A stretch of 64,000 nt of DNA, taken from Steroidobacteraceae bacterium (GTDB lineage Bacteria; Pseudomonadota; Gammaproteobacteria; Steroidobacterales; Steroidobacteraceae). The stretch covers positions 21,202 through 85,201 of the forward strand of contig JBOHZL010000004.1 in NCBI GenBank assembly GCA_050738495.1, in the 5' to 3' direction. The translations under genes and the position numbers were made by a program. This document shows positions 9,325 to 17,878 of this stretch, piece by piece; within the stretch, counting starts at the first letter, position 1; each line of letters opens with the position of its first letter. The notes under the pieces are model-generated. The model was given only the letters and a program-made list of their open reading frames with translations. It did not search any database and was not told the DNA's origin.

Positions 9325-9424
9325 GCCTAACGGACGCGTTGAGCGGGCCGCGGTACGCCGTTACTAGGCGCCCGCGGAGCCCACCGCCCAAGCTGTCACG
9401 GACCGCTCCAACGCATAGGTAGGC
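9325..9424 (-). repeat. attC site of the HigBA cassette (100 bp)
   Basis: + strand GCCTAAC-ggacg-cgttgagcgggccgcgg...cacggaccgctccaacg-cata-GGTAGGC. The L boxes pair (cgtt/aacg, gagcgg/ccgctc) with one unpaired C. Confidence 0.7.
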
Positions 9425-9427
9425 AAC

Positions 9428-9727
9428 TCAGGCCGCACGCTTGTCAAAAGCGAGCTCGACTTTCAGGCGACCGCCCAATGCTTGGACTGCGCTTTGAAGC
9501 GTCTGCAATGTGACGGAAGAATTATCCGGATCCAGGAGTCGGTCCAAAGCGGAGCGACTTGTTTCCATGCGCTTCGCCATATCCGACTTGCTCAGCTTGG
9601 CCTGAGCCATCTTTTCGATAAGCCGATATGCGATATAGCGCTTTACGGCAACCGCCGTGGTTTCTTCAAGCAAACCTTCCTCCTTGAGGAAGGAATCAAA
9701 GTCACTACCGATATTTTTCTTACCCAT
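9428..9727 (-). CDS. higA: XRE-family HTH antitoxin (HigA-like)
   Basis: 99 aa with the HTH segment LSKSDMAKRMETSRSALDRLLDP. Lies 2 nt downstream of a RelE/HigB-type toxin gene. Confidence 0.8.
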   Translation of the reverse strand: MGKKNIGSDFDSFLKEEGLLEETTAVAVKRYIAYRLIEKMAQAKLSKSDMAKRMETSRSALDRLLDPDNSSVTLQTLQSAVQALGGRLKVELAFDKRAA

Positions 9728-9729
9728 AT

Positions 9730-10074
9730 TCAGGACCTCAACTTGGCTAATCTACGCCTCGCCAGGGCGAGTTCTCTTGGTGGCGTATTCCAGGACTTCT
9801 TCACGAAACCGTGCAGGAGCACGATCTGATCGTCAAAAATCGTAAAGAACGTACGGGCGATTCCCGTCGAAATATGGGACCGCAGTTCCCACAAGTTCTC
9901 ACTCATTTTCCTAACCAGCGGCATTCCGATAGGCCAACCGAACTGTAATGTCTTTACATCCTCCCCAATTGCTTTGCGCTGCTCCTTTGGGAGATCCTTG
10001 AGCCAATCTCTGACCGGTTCGCCGCCTGAGTCGAGTCGAAAGAAAGCGACTCTGATGGGACGGCTGATGGCCAT
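9730..10074 (-). CDS. higB: RelE/ParE-superfamily toxin (HigB / phage Gp49-like)
   Basis: MAISRPIRVAFF...EPVRDWLKDLP...LWELRSHISTGIARTFFTIFDDQIVLLHGFVKKS is the Gp49/HigB pattern. I use the ATG at 10074, because the ORF-track start at 10101 is a TTG inside the operator. Confidence 0.8.
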   Translation of the reverse strand: MAISRPIRVAFFRLDSGGEPVRDWLKDLPKEQRKAIGEDVKTLQFGWPIGMPLVRKMSENLWELRSHISTGIARTFFTIFDDQIVLLHGFVKKSWNTPPRELALARRRLAKLRS

Positions 10075-10108
10075 TGATGAAGTGTACCATAAATGGTACA
10101 AGCGTCAA
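10075..10108 (-). promoter_or_regulatory. sigma70-like promoter with palindromic operator for higBA (predicted leaderless)
   Basis: Minus strand reads TTGACG-N16-TACACT-tcatca-ATG. A 7-bp inverted repeat TGTACCA-ttta-TGGTACA (10083-10100) overlaps the spacer and -10. Confidence 0.55.
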
Positions 10109-10131
10109 GCGGATTGTGTAAGTCGAGAGTT

Positions 10132-10257
10132 GTCCAACGTTCGCGTTGAGCGGGCCGCGCAGTGCGCGGCCGGCGCGCCGCAGGCGCGAAAATCGTCCGC
10201 GCGCCTGCGGCGCGCTCGCTCGAACTTCTCACGGACCGCTCCAACGCATAGTTAGGC
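10132..10257 (-). repeat. attC site of the DUF5076-like cassette (126 bp)
   Basis: + strand GTCCAAC-gttcg-cgttgagcgggccg...cggaccgctcCaacg-cata-GTTAGGC. Perfect 14-bp inner stem GCGCCGCAGGCGCG/CGCGCCTGCGGCGC. The ORF stop (10261) is 3 nt from the R box. Confidence 0.7.
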
Positions 10258-10260
10258 ATC

Positions 10261-10560
10261 TTAGTGCTCGACCGGCAATCCCCCCTCTATTGAGTCATTG
10301 GGTGAGGCCATCCGACGATTGAACTCCTCAAGCATTGCGCGTTTGCATTCATTCAATGGACGTTCATCGCGTTCTGCGTACATGCGAGACGCGTGCTCGA
10401 AAAAATCGGCCAGGAGCTCGCCAAAGTCCTTGGCTCCGCCCTGCATGTCGCTCGAGATGATCGTGTGCAAGTAACCGTGAGCAACCCACAATCGCATGAT
10501 CTCAAACGCGTCTTCGTCAGTTAAAGCATCGGGAGGGATTTGCAGCGCATTCTTGTGCAT
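10261..10560 (-). CDS. hypothetical cassette protein, possibly DUF5076 family
   Basis: 99 aa, acidic. The pattern ...IPPDALTDEDAFEIMRLWVAHG.LH... resembles DUF5076 from memory. Not verified. Confidence 0.55.
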   Translation of the reverse strand: MHKNALQIPPDALTDEDAFEIMRLWVAHGYLHTIISSDMQGGAKDFGELLADFFEHASRMYAERDERPLNECKRAMLEEFNRRMASPNDSIEGGLPVEH

Positions 10561-10576
10561 GAGATGCTTAATTAGT

Positions 10577-10626
10577 ATTGAACGTCACCAATGACGTGAT
10601 GTTTTACGTCATTCATGCCGCTCAAT
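10577..10626 (-). repeat. candidate short, degenerate attC (or plain hairpin) upstream of the first cassette
   Basis: + strand ATTGAAC-gtcacc-AATGACGT-gatgtttt-ACGTCATT-catgcc-GCTCAAT. The layout is symmetric, but there are no unpaired bases and one box has GCT instead of GTT. Confidence 0.3.
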
Positions 10627-10666
10627 CACCCACCAAGCGCATAAGCGATTGAGTGTGCTGAAAACA

Positions 10667-12334
10667 TTATCGCTGCGACGTCTGCCAGTCGGGCGCCACG
10701 CAATAGCGCACATCGGCCGCTGGCAGGAGCCGCCCACCGCGGATGTGGTCCGCCATTCTCTCGGCCAGCATGATCGTTGGCGCGTTGAGGTTGCCAGTCG
10801 TGATCGACGGCATTACGGACGAATCGACGACGCACAAACTCTCGACGCCGTGAATGCGACCCTCGGAATCCACCACGGCCATCGGGTCGTCCCGGCGTCC
10901 CATCTTGCAGCTGCACGACGGGTGATACGCGCTTTCGACCTTCGTGCGCACGAACGCGTCGATCTGTTCGTCGGTTACAGCGTCCGCACCTGGCTGGATC
11001 TCGCGGCCGCGATAGGGATCGAAGGCGGGCTGCGCGAAGATCTCGCGCGTCAGGCGCACGCAGGCACGCATCTCCGCCATGTCGTCCGGGTGGGTCAGGT
11101 AGTTGAAGAGGGTCTTCGGATGCGCGAGCGGGTCCGGCGAGCCCAGCCGGACGCGGCCGCGGCTCTTCGGGCGCATCGGGCCGACGTGCGCCTGGAAGCC
11201 GTGCTCCTGCGCCAGCGAGGAGCCGTCGTAGGCCACCGCAAGCGGCAGGAAATGAAACTGGATATCCGGATACGGCACTCCCGCGCCGCTTCGGATGAAT
11301 GCGCCGGTCTCGAAATGATTGGTCACGCCGAGGCCATCCTTGAAAAGCAGCCAGCGCGCGCCGATCAACCCACGCGCGAACAGGCCCATCGATGAATAGA
11401 GCGTGACGGGTTGCGTGCAGGCCACCTGGAAATAGAACTCGAGGTGATCCTGCAGATTCTCGCCGACGCCCGGGAGTTCGTGCACGACCGCGATGCCGTG
11501 CTCACGAAGCTCGGCCGCCGGCCCGACGCCGGAGAGCTTCAGGAGCTTCGGCGAATTGATGGATCCGGCGCTGACGATCACCTCGCGTCGCACGCTTGCG
11601 ATCTGCACGGCGTCGCCTCGCCGGTACTCGACGCCGACAGCTCGCCTGCCCTCGAAGAGGATACGCGTCACGAGCGCGCCGGTGCGCACGGCGAGATTCA
11701 GGCGCCGCGCCGCCGGCCGCAGGTAGGCGTTCGCTGCGCTGCAGCGCCGCCCGTCGGGGCTCACCGTCATGTCGAGCCGCCCGAAGCCTTCCTGCTCGCG
11801 GCCATTGAGGTCAGGGTTGTACGGATAGCCCGCCTGACGCCCGGCCTCCAGCCAGGCCGCGTGCAGCGGGTTGGCCAGCGTTCCGTAACGCGTGTGCAAC
11901 GGGCCGGAGTCGCCGCGATACTCGTCGCCGCCCTCGGCGCGCGTCTCCGCGCGGCGGAAGTACGGCAATACGGACGCGTAGTTCCACCCGGCCGCGCCTT
12001 CGGACTCCCAGCGATTGAAGTCCTCGGCGTTGCCGCGCATGTAGACGAGGCCGTTGATCGAGGACGATCCGCCGAGCACCTTGCCGCGTGGCGTGTGCAG
12101 GCGGCGACCGCCGAGTCCGGGTTCTGGCTCGGTGTAGTAGCGCCAGTCGTATTTCTCCATGCCCATCGGGATGGAGAGCGCCGAGGGCATCTGCACGAAA
12201 ATCGAGCGGTCGGAACCGCCGTACTCCAGGAGCAGCACCGTGTGCCGCCCGTCCTCGGTCAGGCGGTCCGCGAGCACGCAGCCCGCGGACCCGGCGCCGA
12301 CGATGACGTAGTCGAATTCCTCAGTAGGGGGCAT
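10667..12334 (-). CDS. betA: choline dehydrogenase (GMC oxidoreductase)
   Basis: 555 aa. [19 protein letters not shown] fold, GMC signatures ([14 protein letters not shown]), 14-nt overlap with betB. Confidence 0.9.
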   Translation of the reverse strand: MPPTEEFDYVIVGAGSAGCVLADRLTEDGRHTVLLLEYGGSDRSIFVQMPSALSIPMGMEKYDWRYYTEPEPGLGGRRLHTPRGKVLGGSSSINGLVYMRGNAEDFNRWESEGAAGWNYASVLPYFRRAETRAEGGDEYRGDSGPLHTRYGTLANPLHAAWLEAGRQAGYPYNPDLNGREQEGFGRLDMTVSPDGRRCSAANAYLRPAARRLNLAVRTGALVTRILFEGRRAVGVEYRRGDAVQIASVRREVIVSAGSINSPKLLKLSGVGPAAELREHGIAVVHELPGVGENLQDHLEFYFQVACTQPVTLYSSMGLFARGLIGARWLLFKDGLGVTNHFETGAFIRSGAGVPYPDIQFHFLPLAVAYDGSSLAQEHGFQAHVGPMRPKSRGRVRLGSPDPLAHPKTLFNYLTHPDDMAEMRACVRLTREIFAQPAFDPYRGREIQPGADAVTDEQIDAFVRTKVESAYHPSCSCKMGRRDDPMAVVDSEGRIHGVESLCVVDSSVMPSITTGNLNAPTIMLAERMADHIRGGRLLPAADVRYCVAPDWQTSQR

Positions 12335-13739
12335 CGATGTCGCCTTTCGCCACGTACACGCTTTTCAACTGTGTGTAGTGTTCCATCGCGGCGCGTCCGT
12401 TCTCTCGCCCGAGGCCGGAGAGCTTGACGCCGCCGAAAGGCAGTTCGATCGGGGTCACATTGTAGTGGTTGATCCAGCAGGTACCGGCCTCGAGATGCGC
12501 AATCACGCGATGCGCGCGGTTGAGGTCGTTGGTGAAGACGCCGGCCGACAGGCCGAACTCGGTCGCATTCGCGCGCGCGACGACTTCGTCCTCGTTCGCG
12601 AATTCGAGCACCGACATCACCGGGCCGAAGATCTCCTCCTGCACGATTCCCATGTCGTCGCGGCAGCCGTCGAAGACGGTGGGCTCGACGAAGAAACCGC
12701 GCGCGAGCGCGCCCCCGGTTCGGCGATTGCCGCCCACCACCACCTGCGCGCCCTCCTTTCGGCCGCGCTCGATGTAGCCGAGGACCATCTGCATGTGCTG
12801 CTCCGAAATGAGCGAGCCGACCTGCGTCGCCGGGTCCATCGGGTCGCCGATGCGCATCGCCTCCACGCGCTCGGCGAGCCGACGCAGGAACTCTGCCCGG
12901 ATGGACCGGTGCACGAAGACCCGCGTGCCGTTGGAGCAGACTTCGCCGGCGGAATAGAAATTGCCGAGCAGCGCGCCGGAGACGGCCTGGTCGAGTTTCG
13001 CATCCTCGAACACGAGGATCGGCGACTTGCCGCCGAGTTCGAGCGTCACGGCCTTGATCGTGCCCGATGCGTCGTTCATCACGGCCTTGCCGGTTCCGAC
13101 GGAGCCCGTGAGCGAGACCTTGCGTATCGCCGGGTGGCGCGTCAGCAGCCGTCCGGTCTCCGAGCGGCCCTGAATCACCTGGAAGATGCCGGGCGGCAGG
13201 CCGGCCTCGAGGTAGATTGCCTCGAGCTTCGGCGCGCTGAGGGGCGTCAGGCTCGCCGGCTTGAAGATCATCGCATTGCCGAATGCAAGCGCGGGCGCGG
13301 ACTTCCAGCAGGCGATCTGCAGCGGGTAGTTCCAAGCGCCGATTCCGACCGTGACGCCGAGCGGCTCGCGGCGCGTGTAGCCGAAGGCCTGCGGGCCGAG
13401 GTCGATGTGTTCGCCTGCCGCGCTCTGGGCAAGCGCGGCGAAGTACTCCAGGCACTCGGCACCCGAGATCACGTCGACGGCGCGCGTCTCCTGGATCGGC
13501 TTGCCGGTGTCCCGTGTCTCGAGCTCCGCGAGCGCATCGTTGCGCTCGCGAAGGATGCCTGCGGCCCGGCGCAGGATGCGGGCACGCTCGGCCCCGGCGA
13601 GTGCGGCCCAGTCCCGCTGCGCGGCGCGCGCGGCACGGACTGCCGCTTCGACCTCGGCGGGACCGGCCACGGGCAGCTCGGCCAGCATGTCGCCGGTCGC
13701 GGGATTGATGGTAACCAGGCGGTCGTTCGCCACGGTCAA
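12321..13739 (-). CDS. betB: betaine-aldehyde dehydrogenase
   Basis: 472 aa ALDH with catalytic LELGGKSP and ...[10 protein letters not shown] motifs. Directly upstream of betA. Confidence 0.88.
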   Translation of the reverse strand: MTVANDRLVTINPATGDMLAELPVAGPAEVEAAVRAARAAQRDWAALAGAERARILRRAAGILRERNDALAELETRDTGKPIQETRAVDVISGAECLEYFAALAQSAAGEHIDLGPQAFGYTRREPLGVTVGIGAWNYPLQIACWKSAPALAFGNAMIFKPASLTPLSAPKLEAIYLEAGLPPGIFQVIQGRSETGRLLTRHPAIRKVSLTGSVGTGKAVMNDASGTIKAVTLELGGKSPILVFEDAKLDQAVSGALLGNFYSAGEVCSNGTRVFVHRSIRAEFLRRLAERVEAMRIGDPMDPATQVGSLISEQHMQMVLGYIERGRKEGAQVVVGGNRRTGGALARGFFVEPTVFDGCRDDMGIVQEEIFGPVMSVLEFANEDEVVARANATEFGLSAGVFTNDLNRAHRVIAHLEAGTCWINHYNVTPIELPFGGVKLSGLGRENGRAAMEHYTQLKSVYVAKGDIDAPY

Positions 13740-13776
13740 CCCTGTTCTGCGAGACTATCGAAGGTCGACACGAAAT

Positions 13777-13792
13777 TCTTTGCCTGCAAAGA
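13777..13792. promoter_or_regulatory. perfect palindrome in the betB / ABC-importer divergent promoter region (candidate operator)
   Basis: TCTTTGC-ct-GCAAAGA within the 130-bp intergenic region between divergent operons. Confidence 0.3.
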
Positions 13793-13869
13793 GTTACGGG
13801 AGCACGAACGTGCCGAACAAATCCCCTGCCGGACGATCATTCGTTAGCCGATGGGGCAGGTCAAGGGCG

Positions 13870-15666
13870 ATGCGGTCCCTGGGTTTCGGGCTCTGCGCAT
13901 GCCTGCCCTTGCTGGCCGGCGCAGCGACGCCCGATCCGGTGTCCTGCCGGACGGTGCGCTTCTCGGACATCGGCTGGACTGATGTCACCGCGACCACCGG
14001 TCTCGCAAGCCACCTTCTGCGCATGCTCGGCTACCAGCCCGAAGTGACGGTGCTGTCGGTGCCGGTCACCTTCGCATCGCTCAAGAACCGCGACATCGAT
14101 GTCTTCCTCGGCAACTGGATGCCGGCGATGGCCGCCGATCTCCGGCCCTACCAGGTCGAGGGCTCGGTCGAGGTCGTGGGCGCGAACCTGGACGGCGCCA
14201 AGTACACGCTCGCGGTGCCGGCTTACCTGCACGACGCCGGCCTCAAGGACTTCGCCGACATCCGGCGCTTCGCGGCAGAGCTCGATCGCGAAATCTACGG
14301 CATCGAGCCCGGCAACGACGGCAATCGCCTCGTGCTCACGCTCATCGAGGAGAACGAATTCGGACTCGGCGATTTCGAGCTGGTGGAGTCGAGCGAGCAG
14401 GGCATGCTGGCGCAGGTCGAGCGCGCCATCGCCGCCAAGCAGCCGATCGTGTTCTTCGGCTGGGAGCCCCACCCGATGAACACGCGCTTCGCCATGCGCT
14501 ACCTCACCGGCGGCGACTCGAGTTTCGGGCCCGATTACGGCGGCGCGACCGTCTACACCAACGTCCGCGCCGGCTACCTCGAGGAGTGCCCGAACGTCGG
14601 GCGCCTCCTCGGGAACCTGAAGTTCTCGCTGCGCGGCGAGAGCGAGATCATGGCCGGCATCCTCGAGCGCAAGCTCGCCCCTGAAGCGGCGGCCGCGGAA
14701 TGGCTGAAGGCGAATCCCGATGCGCTCGCCGGCTGGTTTGACGGTGTCACGGCCTTCGGCGGCAAGCCGGCGCCGCTTGCGTCGGCAGAGACACCCGCGG
14801 CGAGCCGCGCGCGCGGCTTCGAGGCCTGGGTAACGCAGCACAAGATTCCACTGGGACCCGCCGTCGAGACCTCGATCGACTACATCAAGGCGCACGGCAA
14901 GGCATTCTTCGCCGGCGTCTCGACCGTCATCCAGGGCTCGGTGGATGGCGTGAACGCGGCGCTGGGGGGGATGCCCGGCGCGCTGCTGATCCTGCTGGTG
15001 GCGGGCATTGCCTGGCTGCTGCACCGCTCGATACCGCTGGTCGTGTTCGTGATCGCCGCGCTCCTTTTCATCATGAACCAGGGCTACTGGGCGGCGACCC
15101 TCGAAACGCTCGCGCTCGTGTTCGTCTCCGCGGCTTTTTCCACGCTGATCGGCGTGCCGGTCGGGATCGCGGCCGCGCACCGCCCGCGTCTGTATGCGGC
15201 GCTCCGTCCGGTGCTGGACCTGATGCAGACACTGCCGACCTTCGTCTACCTCATCCCGACACTGGTGCTGTTCGGCCTCGGTGTCGTCCCGGGACTCATC
15301 TCGACGGTCATTTTCGCGCTGCCGGCGCCGATTCGCCTGACGCACCTCGGCATTTCCTCCGTGCCGCGGACGCTCCTCGAGGCCGGCGATGCCTTCGGCG
15401 CGACGCCGATGCAGCGCCTCCTCAAGATCGAGCTGCCGAGCGCCCGGCCGACGATCCTCGCGGGCATCACACAGTGCATCATGCTGTCCCTGTCGATGGT
15501 GGTGATCGCGGCCCTCGTCGGCGCCGGCGGACTCGGCGTGCCGGTCGTGCGCGCGCTCAACAGCGTGCAGGTGGACGTCGGCTTCGAGGCCGGCATTGCC
15601 ATCGTGCTGCTCGCAATCATCCTCGACCGCATCAGCCGTCCGGGTCACGCCGGGCACACCAAGTGA
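13870..15666 (+). CDS. glycine betaine/choline ABC transporter, fused substrate-binding domain + permease
   Basis: From MRSLGFGLCACLPLLAGAATP (signal). An N-terminal OpuAC/ProX-like domain of ~300 aa is followed by a ProW-like permease (…LPTFVYLIPTLVLFGLG.VPG…). First in-frame ATG of the conserved part. The ORF-track start at 13405 is antisense to betB. Confidence 0.85.
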   Translation: MRSLGFGLCACLPLLAGAATPDPVSCRTVRFSDIGWTDVTATTGLASHLLRMLGYQPEVTVLSVPVTFASLKNRDIDVFLGNWMPAMAADLRPYQVEGSVEVVGANLDGAKYTLAVPAYLHDAGLKDFADIRRFAAELDREIYGIEPGNDGNRLVLTLIEENEFGLGDFELVESSEQGMLAQVERAIAAKQPIVFFGWEPHPMNTRFAMRYLTGGDSSFGPDYGGATVYTNVRAGYLEECPNVGRLLGNLKFSLRGESEIMAGILERKLAPEAAAAEWLKANPDALAGWFDGVTAFGGKPAPLASAETPAASRARGFEAWVTQHKIPLGPAVETSIDYIKAHGKAFFAGVSTVIQGSVDGVNAALGGMPGALLILLVAGIAWLLHRSIPLVVFVIAALLFIMNQGYWAATLETLALVFVSAAFSTLIGVPVGIAAAHRPRLYAALRPVLDLMQTLPTFVYLIPTLVLFGLGVVPGLISTVIFALPAPIRLTHLGISSVPRTLLEAGDAFGATPMQRLLKIELPSARPTILAGITQCIMLSLSMVVIAALVGAGGLGVPVVRALNSVQVDVGFEAGIAIVLLAIILDRISRPGHAGHTK

Positions 15667-16874
15667 ACGCGGTCGAGTTCGGGAACGTCGACATCCTGTT
15701 TCCCCGCGAGCGCGGGAAGAAGGGTGCGCGCGCGGTTCGCGAGTCACTCGCGAAGCTGGACGCCGGCGGCAGCCGCGAGGAGATCGCCGAGGCCTGCGGC
15801 GTGACCGTGGGTGTCGCCGGTGCGAGCCTTGCGGTCGCGCCGGGCGAGATCTGCGTGATGATGGGACTGTCGGGCTCCGGGAAATCGACGCTGATGCGGG
15901 CTGCGAACGGCCTGACGGCCGTCACCCGCGGCAAGGTGCTGATCGGCGATGCGAACGGCCCGATCGACGTGGGGCACTGCGGCACGGAGAGTCTTCGGCG
16001 CCTGCGGCGCGAACGCGTCACGATGGTCTTCCAGCAGTTCGCGCTGCTCCCCTGGCGCACGGTTGCAGAAAACGTCGGCCTCGGTCTCGAACTGCGCGGT
16101 GAGACCGTAGCCACGCGGAAGAGGATCGTCACGGAACAGCTGGAACTGGTCGGCCTGTCGCAATGGGCGGACCGGGATGTCGGCGAGCTCTCCGGCGGCA
16201 TGCAGCAGCGCGTGGGCCTGGCGCGCGCTTTCGCAACGAAGGCGGACATCCTGCTGATGGACGAACCCTTCTCGGCCCTCGATCCGCTGATCCGCGACAA
16301 GCTGCAGGACGAGCTATTGGCGCTGCAGGAGCGCGTCAGGAAGACGATCCTGTTCGTGAGCCACGATCTCGACGAGGCCCTTCGCCTCGGCGACCGGATT
16401 TCGATCATGCATCACGGCCGCATCGTGCAGTCCGGCACGGCGCAGGACATCGTGCTTCGCCCTGCGAACGATTACGTCGCGGAGTTCGTGCAGCATATGA
16501 ATCCGCTGACGGTGCTGACGGGCGCGATGGTCATGCGCCGGTGCGAGCGGATGGACCGGACAGGGGGCGCCGTCTGCCTGGACGGTGCGCGACGCTATCA
16601 GCTGACGCTCGACTCCCGCCTCGCGCCGGTCGAGCTCAAGCTGAACGGACAGCCGCATCCCCTGCTGATCGTCGGGGAGGATGCGGCCTGCGATCAGGAT
16701 GAGCGCGCAGTGGTTGTGGCGCCCGCGTCGCTGTCGCTCCAGGCCCTGATCCTGCTGTGCCGGAAGACCGGCCATCCAGTATTGCTGGCGGAGGCGGGGC
16801 AGGTGCTTGGCGTCTGCGGCGAGACCGAGATCATCGGCGCCCTTGCCACGCGCGCTTTTGGCGCGAACGGGTAG
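15663..16874 (+). CDS. glycine betaine/proline ABC transporter ATP-binding protein with C-terminal CBS region
   Basis: Walker A GLSGSGKST, signature LSGGMQQRVGLARA, Walker B ILLMDEPFSALD. GTG start overlaps the permease stop (GTGA). Confidence 0.88.
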   Translation: MNAVEFGNVDILFPRERGKKGARAVRESLAKLDAGGSREEIAEACGVTVGVAGASLAVAPGEICVMMGLSGSGKSTLMRAANGLTAVTRGKVLIGDANGPIDVGHCGTESLRRLRRERVTMVFQQFALLPWRTVAENVGLGLELRGETVATRKRIVTEQLELVGLSQWADRDVGELSGGMQQRVGLARAFATKADILLMDEPFSALDPLIRDKLQDELLALQERVRKTILFVSHDLDEALRLGDRISIMHHGRIVQSGTAQDIVLRPANDYVAEFVQHMNPLTVLTGAMVMRRCERMDRTGGAVCLDGARRYQLTLDSRLAPVELKLNGQPHPLLIVGEDAACDQDERAVVVAPASLSLQALILLCRKTGHPVLLAEAGQVLGVCGETEIIGALATRAFGANG

Positions 16875-16888
16875 GCGAGGACGGCCCC

Positions 16889-17878
16889 ATGATCAGGTCG
16901 AGAACGGGATTGGCGGCCTGCGCGCTCGTGCTCGCCTGCGGCTGCAGCACCACCGGTTTCGATCTGCAGGGCCATCGCGGCGCACGCGGGCTGTGGCCGG
17001 AGAACACGCTGGCCGGCTTCCGGCGGGCGCTCGAAGTCGGCGTCGTGACGCTCGAGCTCGATTGCGGCCTGACGAAGGACGGTATCGTGGTCGTGAGCCA
17101 CGACCCGGTGCTCAATCCCGATTTCACGCGCGGTGTCGGCGGCAGATTCCTCGAGTCCGCCGGCCCGGCGCTCGCCACGCTCACCTACGACGAGCTTCGG
17201 CAGTACGACGTCGGGCGCATCAGGCCCGGCAGCGACTACGCCGCCCGGTTTCCGGAACAGCAGCCGGTGGACGGCGAACGCATCCCGCGCCTCGCCGACG
17301 TCTATGCGCTCGTAGCGAACAGCGACAACCACAATGTGCGCTTCAACGTGGAAACCAAGATCGATCCGCTGCAACCGGAGGTCTCGGCACAGCCCGAACC
17401 TCTCGTGAAAGCGCTGATCGCGGTCATCCGCGACTCAGGAATGGAATCGCGAACCACGATCCAGTCCTTCGACTGGCGGACGCTCGCCCTCGTGCGGGAG
17501 CTCGCGCCTGCGATCGCAACGGTCGCCCTGACCGACCAGCAACCGGGCGAGGACACCATGGAAATCGGCAAGCCTGGCGCCTCGCCCTGGCTCGGGGGCC
17601 TCGACGTCGACGACTACGGGGGCTCGGTGCCGAGGATGGTCCAGGCAATCGGAGCCCGGGTCTGGTCGCCGCATGCGCGGGATCTCGACCCGCGCCTGGT
17701 CGCGGAGGCTCACGCGCTCGGCCTCGCCGTCATACCGTGGACCGTCAACGATCCGAGGGACATGGCGCTCGTCCTCGCCATGGGGGTCGACGGGATCATC
17801 AGCGACCGGCCGGACCTGCTGCGCAGCCTGCTCCAGTCGAGGGGAATCGCGGTGCCGCCGAAGCCGCTGATACGATGA
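16889..17878 (+). CDS. glycerophosphodiester phosphodiesterase, predicted lipoprotein
   Basis: MIRSRTGLAACALVLACGC lipobox, then the HRGARGLWPENT catalytic motif of the GDPD family. Confidence 0.85.
   Translation: MIRSRTGLAACALVLACGCSTTGFDLQGHRGARGLWPENTLAGFRRALEVGVVTLELDCGLTKDGIVVVSHDPVLNPDFTRGVGGRFLESAGPALATLTYDELRQYDVGRIRPGSDYAARFPEQQPVDGERIPRLADVYALVANSDNHNVRFNVETKIDPLQPEVSAQPEPLVKALIAVIRDSGMESRTTIQSFDWRTLALVRELAPAIATVALTDQQPGEDTMEIGKPGASPWLGGLDVDDYGGSVPRMVQAIGARVWSPHARDLDPRLVAEAHALGLAVIPWTVNDPRDMALVLAMGVDGIISDRPDLLRSLLQSRGIAVPPKPLIR

Larger units (their letters stand above)
8331..10626 (-). mobile_element. integron-type gene cassette array without integrase (CALIN): 3 full attC sites, 1 half site, 1 weak candidate
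   Basis: AT-richer island. Each minus-strand ORF or ORF pair is followed by an imperfect palindrome bounded by RYYYAAC/GTTRRRY boxes. Three sites share cacggacYgctccaacgcatag. No tyrosine recombinase ORF is present anywhere in the window. Confidence 0.7.

Noticed and set aside
8237-10666. Search for intI, attI or a Pc promoter belonging to the cassette array, and for transposase or IS ends around the island
   Set aside because: No ORF on either strand in or next to the island resembles a tyrosine recombinase (no R...HxxR...Y pattern in a 300+ aa ORF). The upstream flank is the betA 3' end. No terminal inverted repeats or target duplications were seen. The locus is therefore reported as integrase-less rather than as a complete integron.
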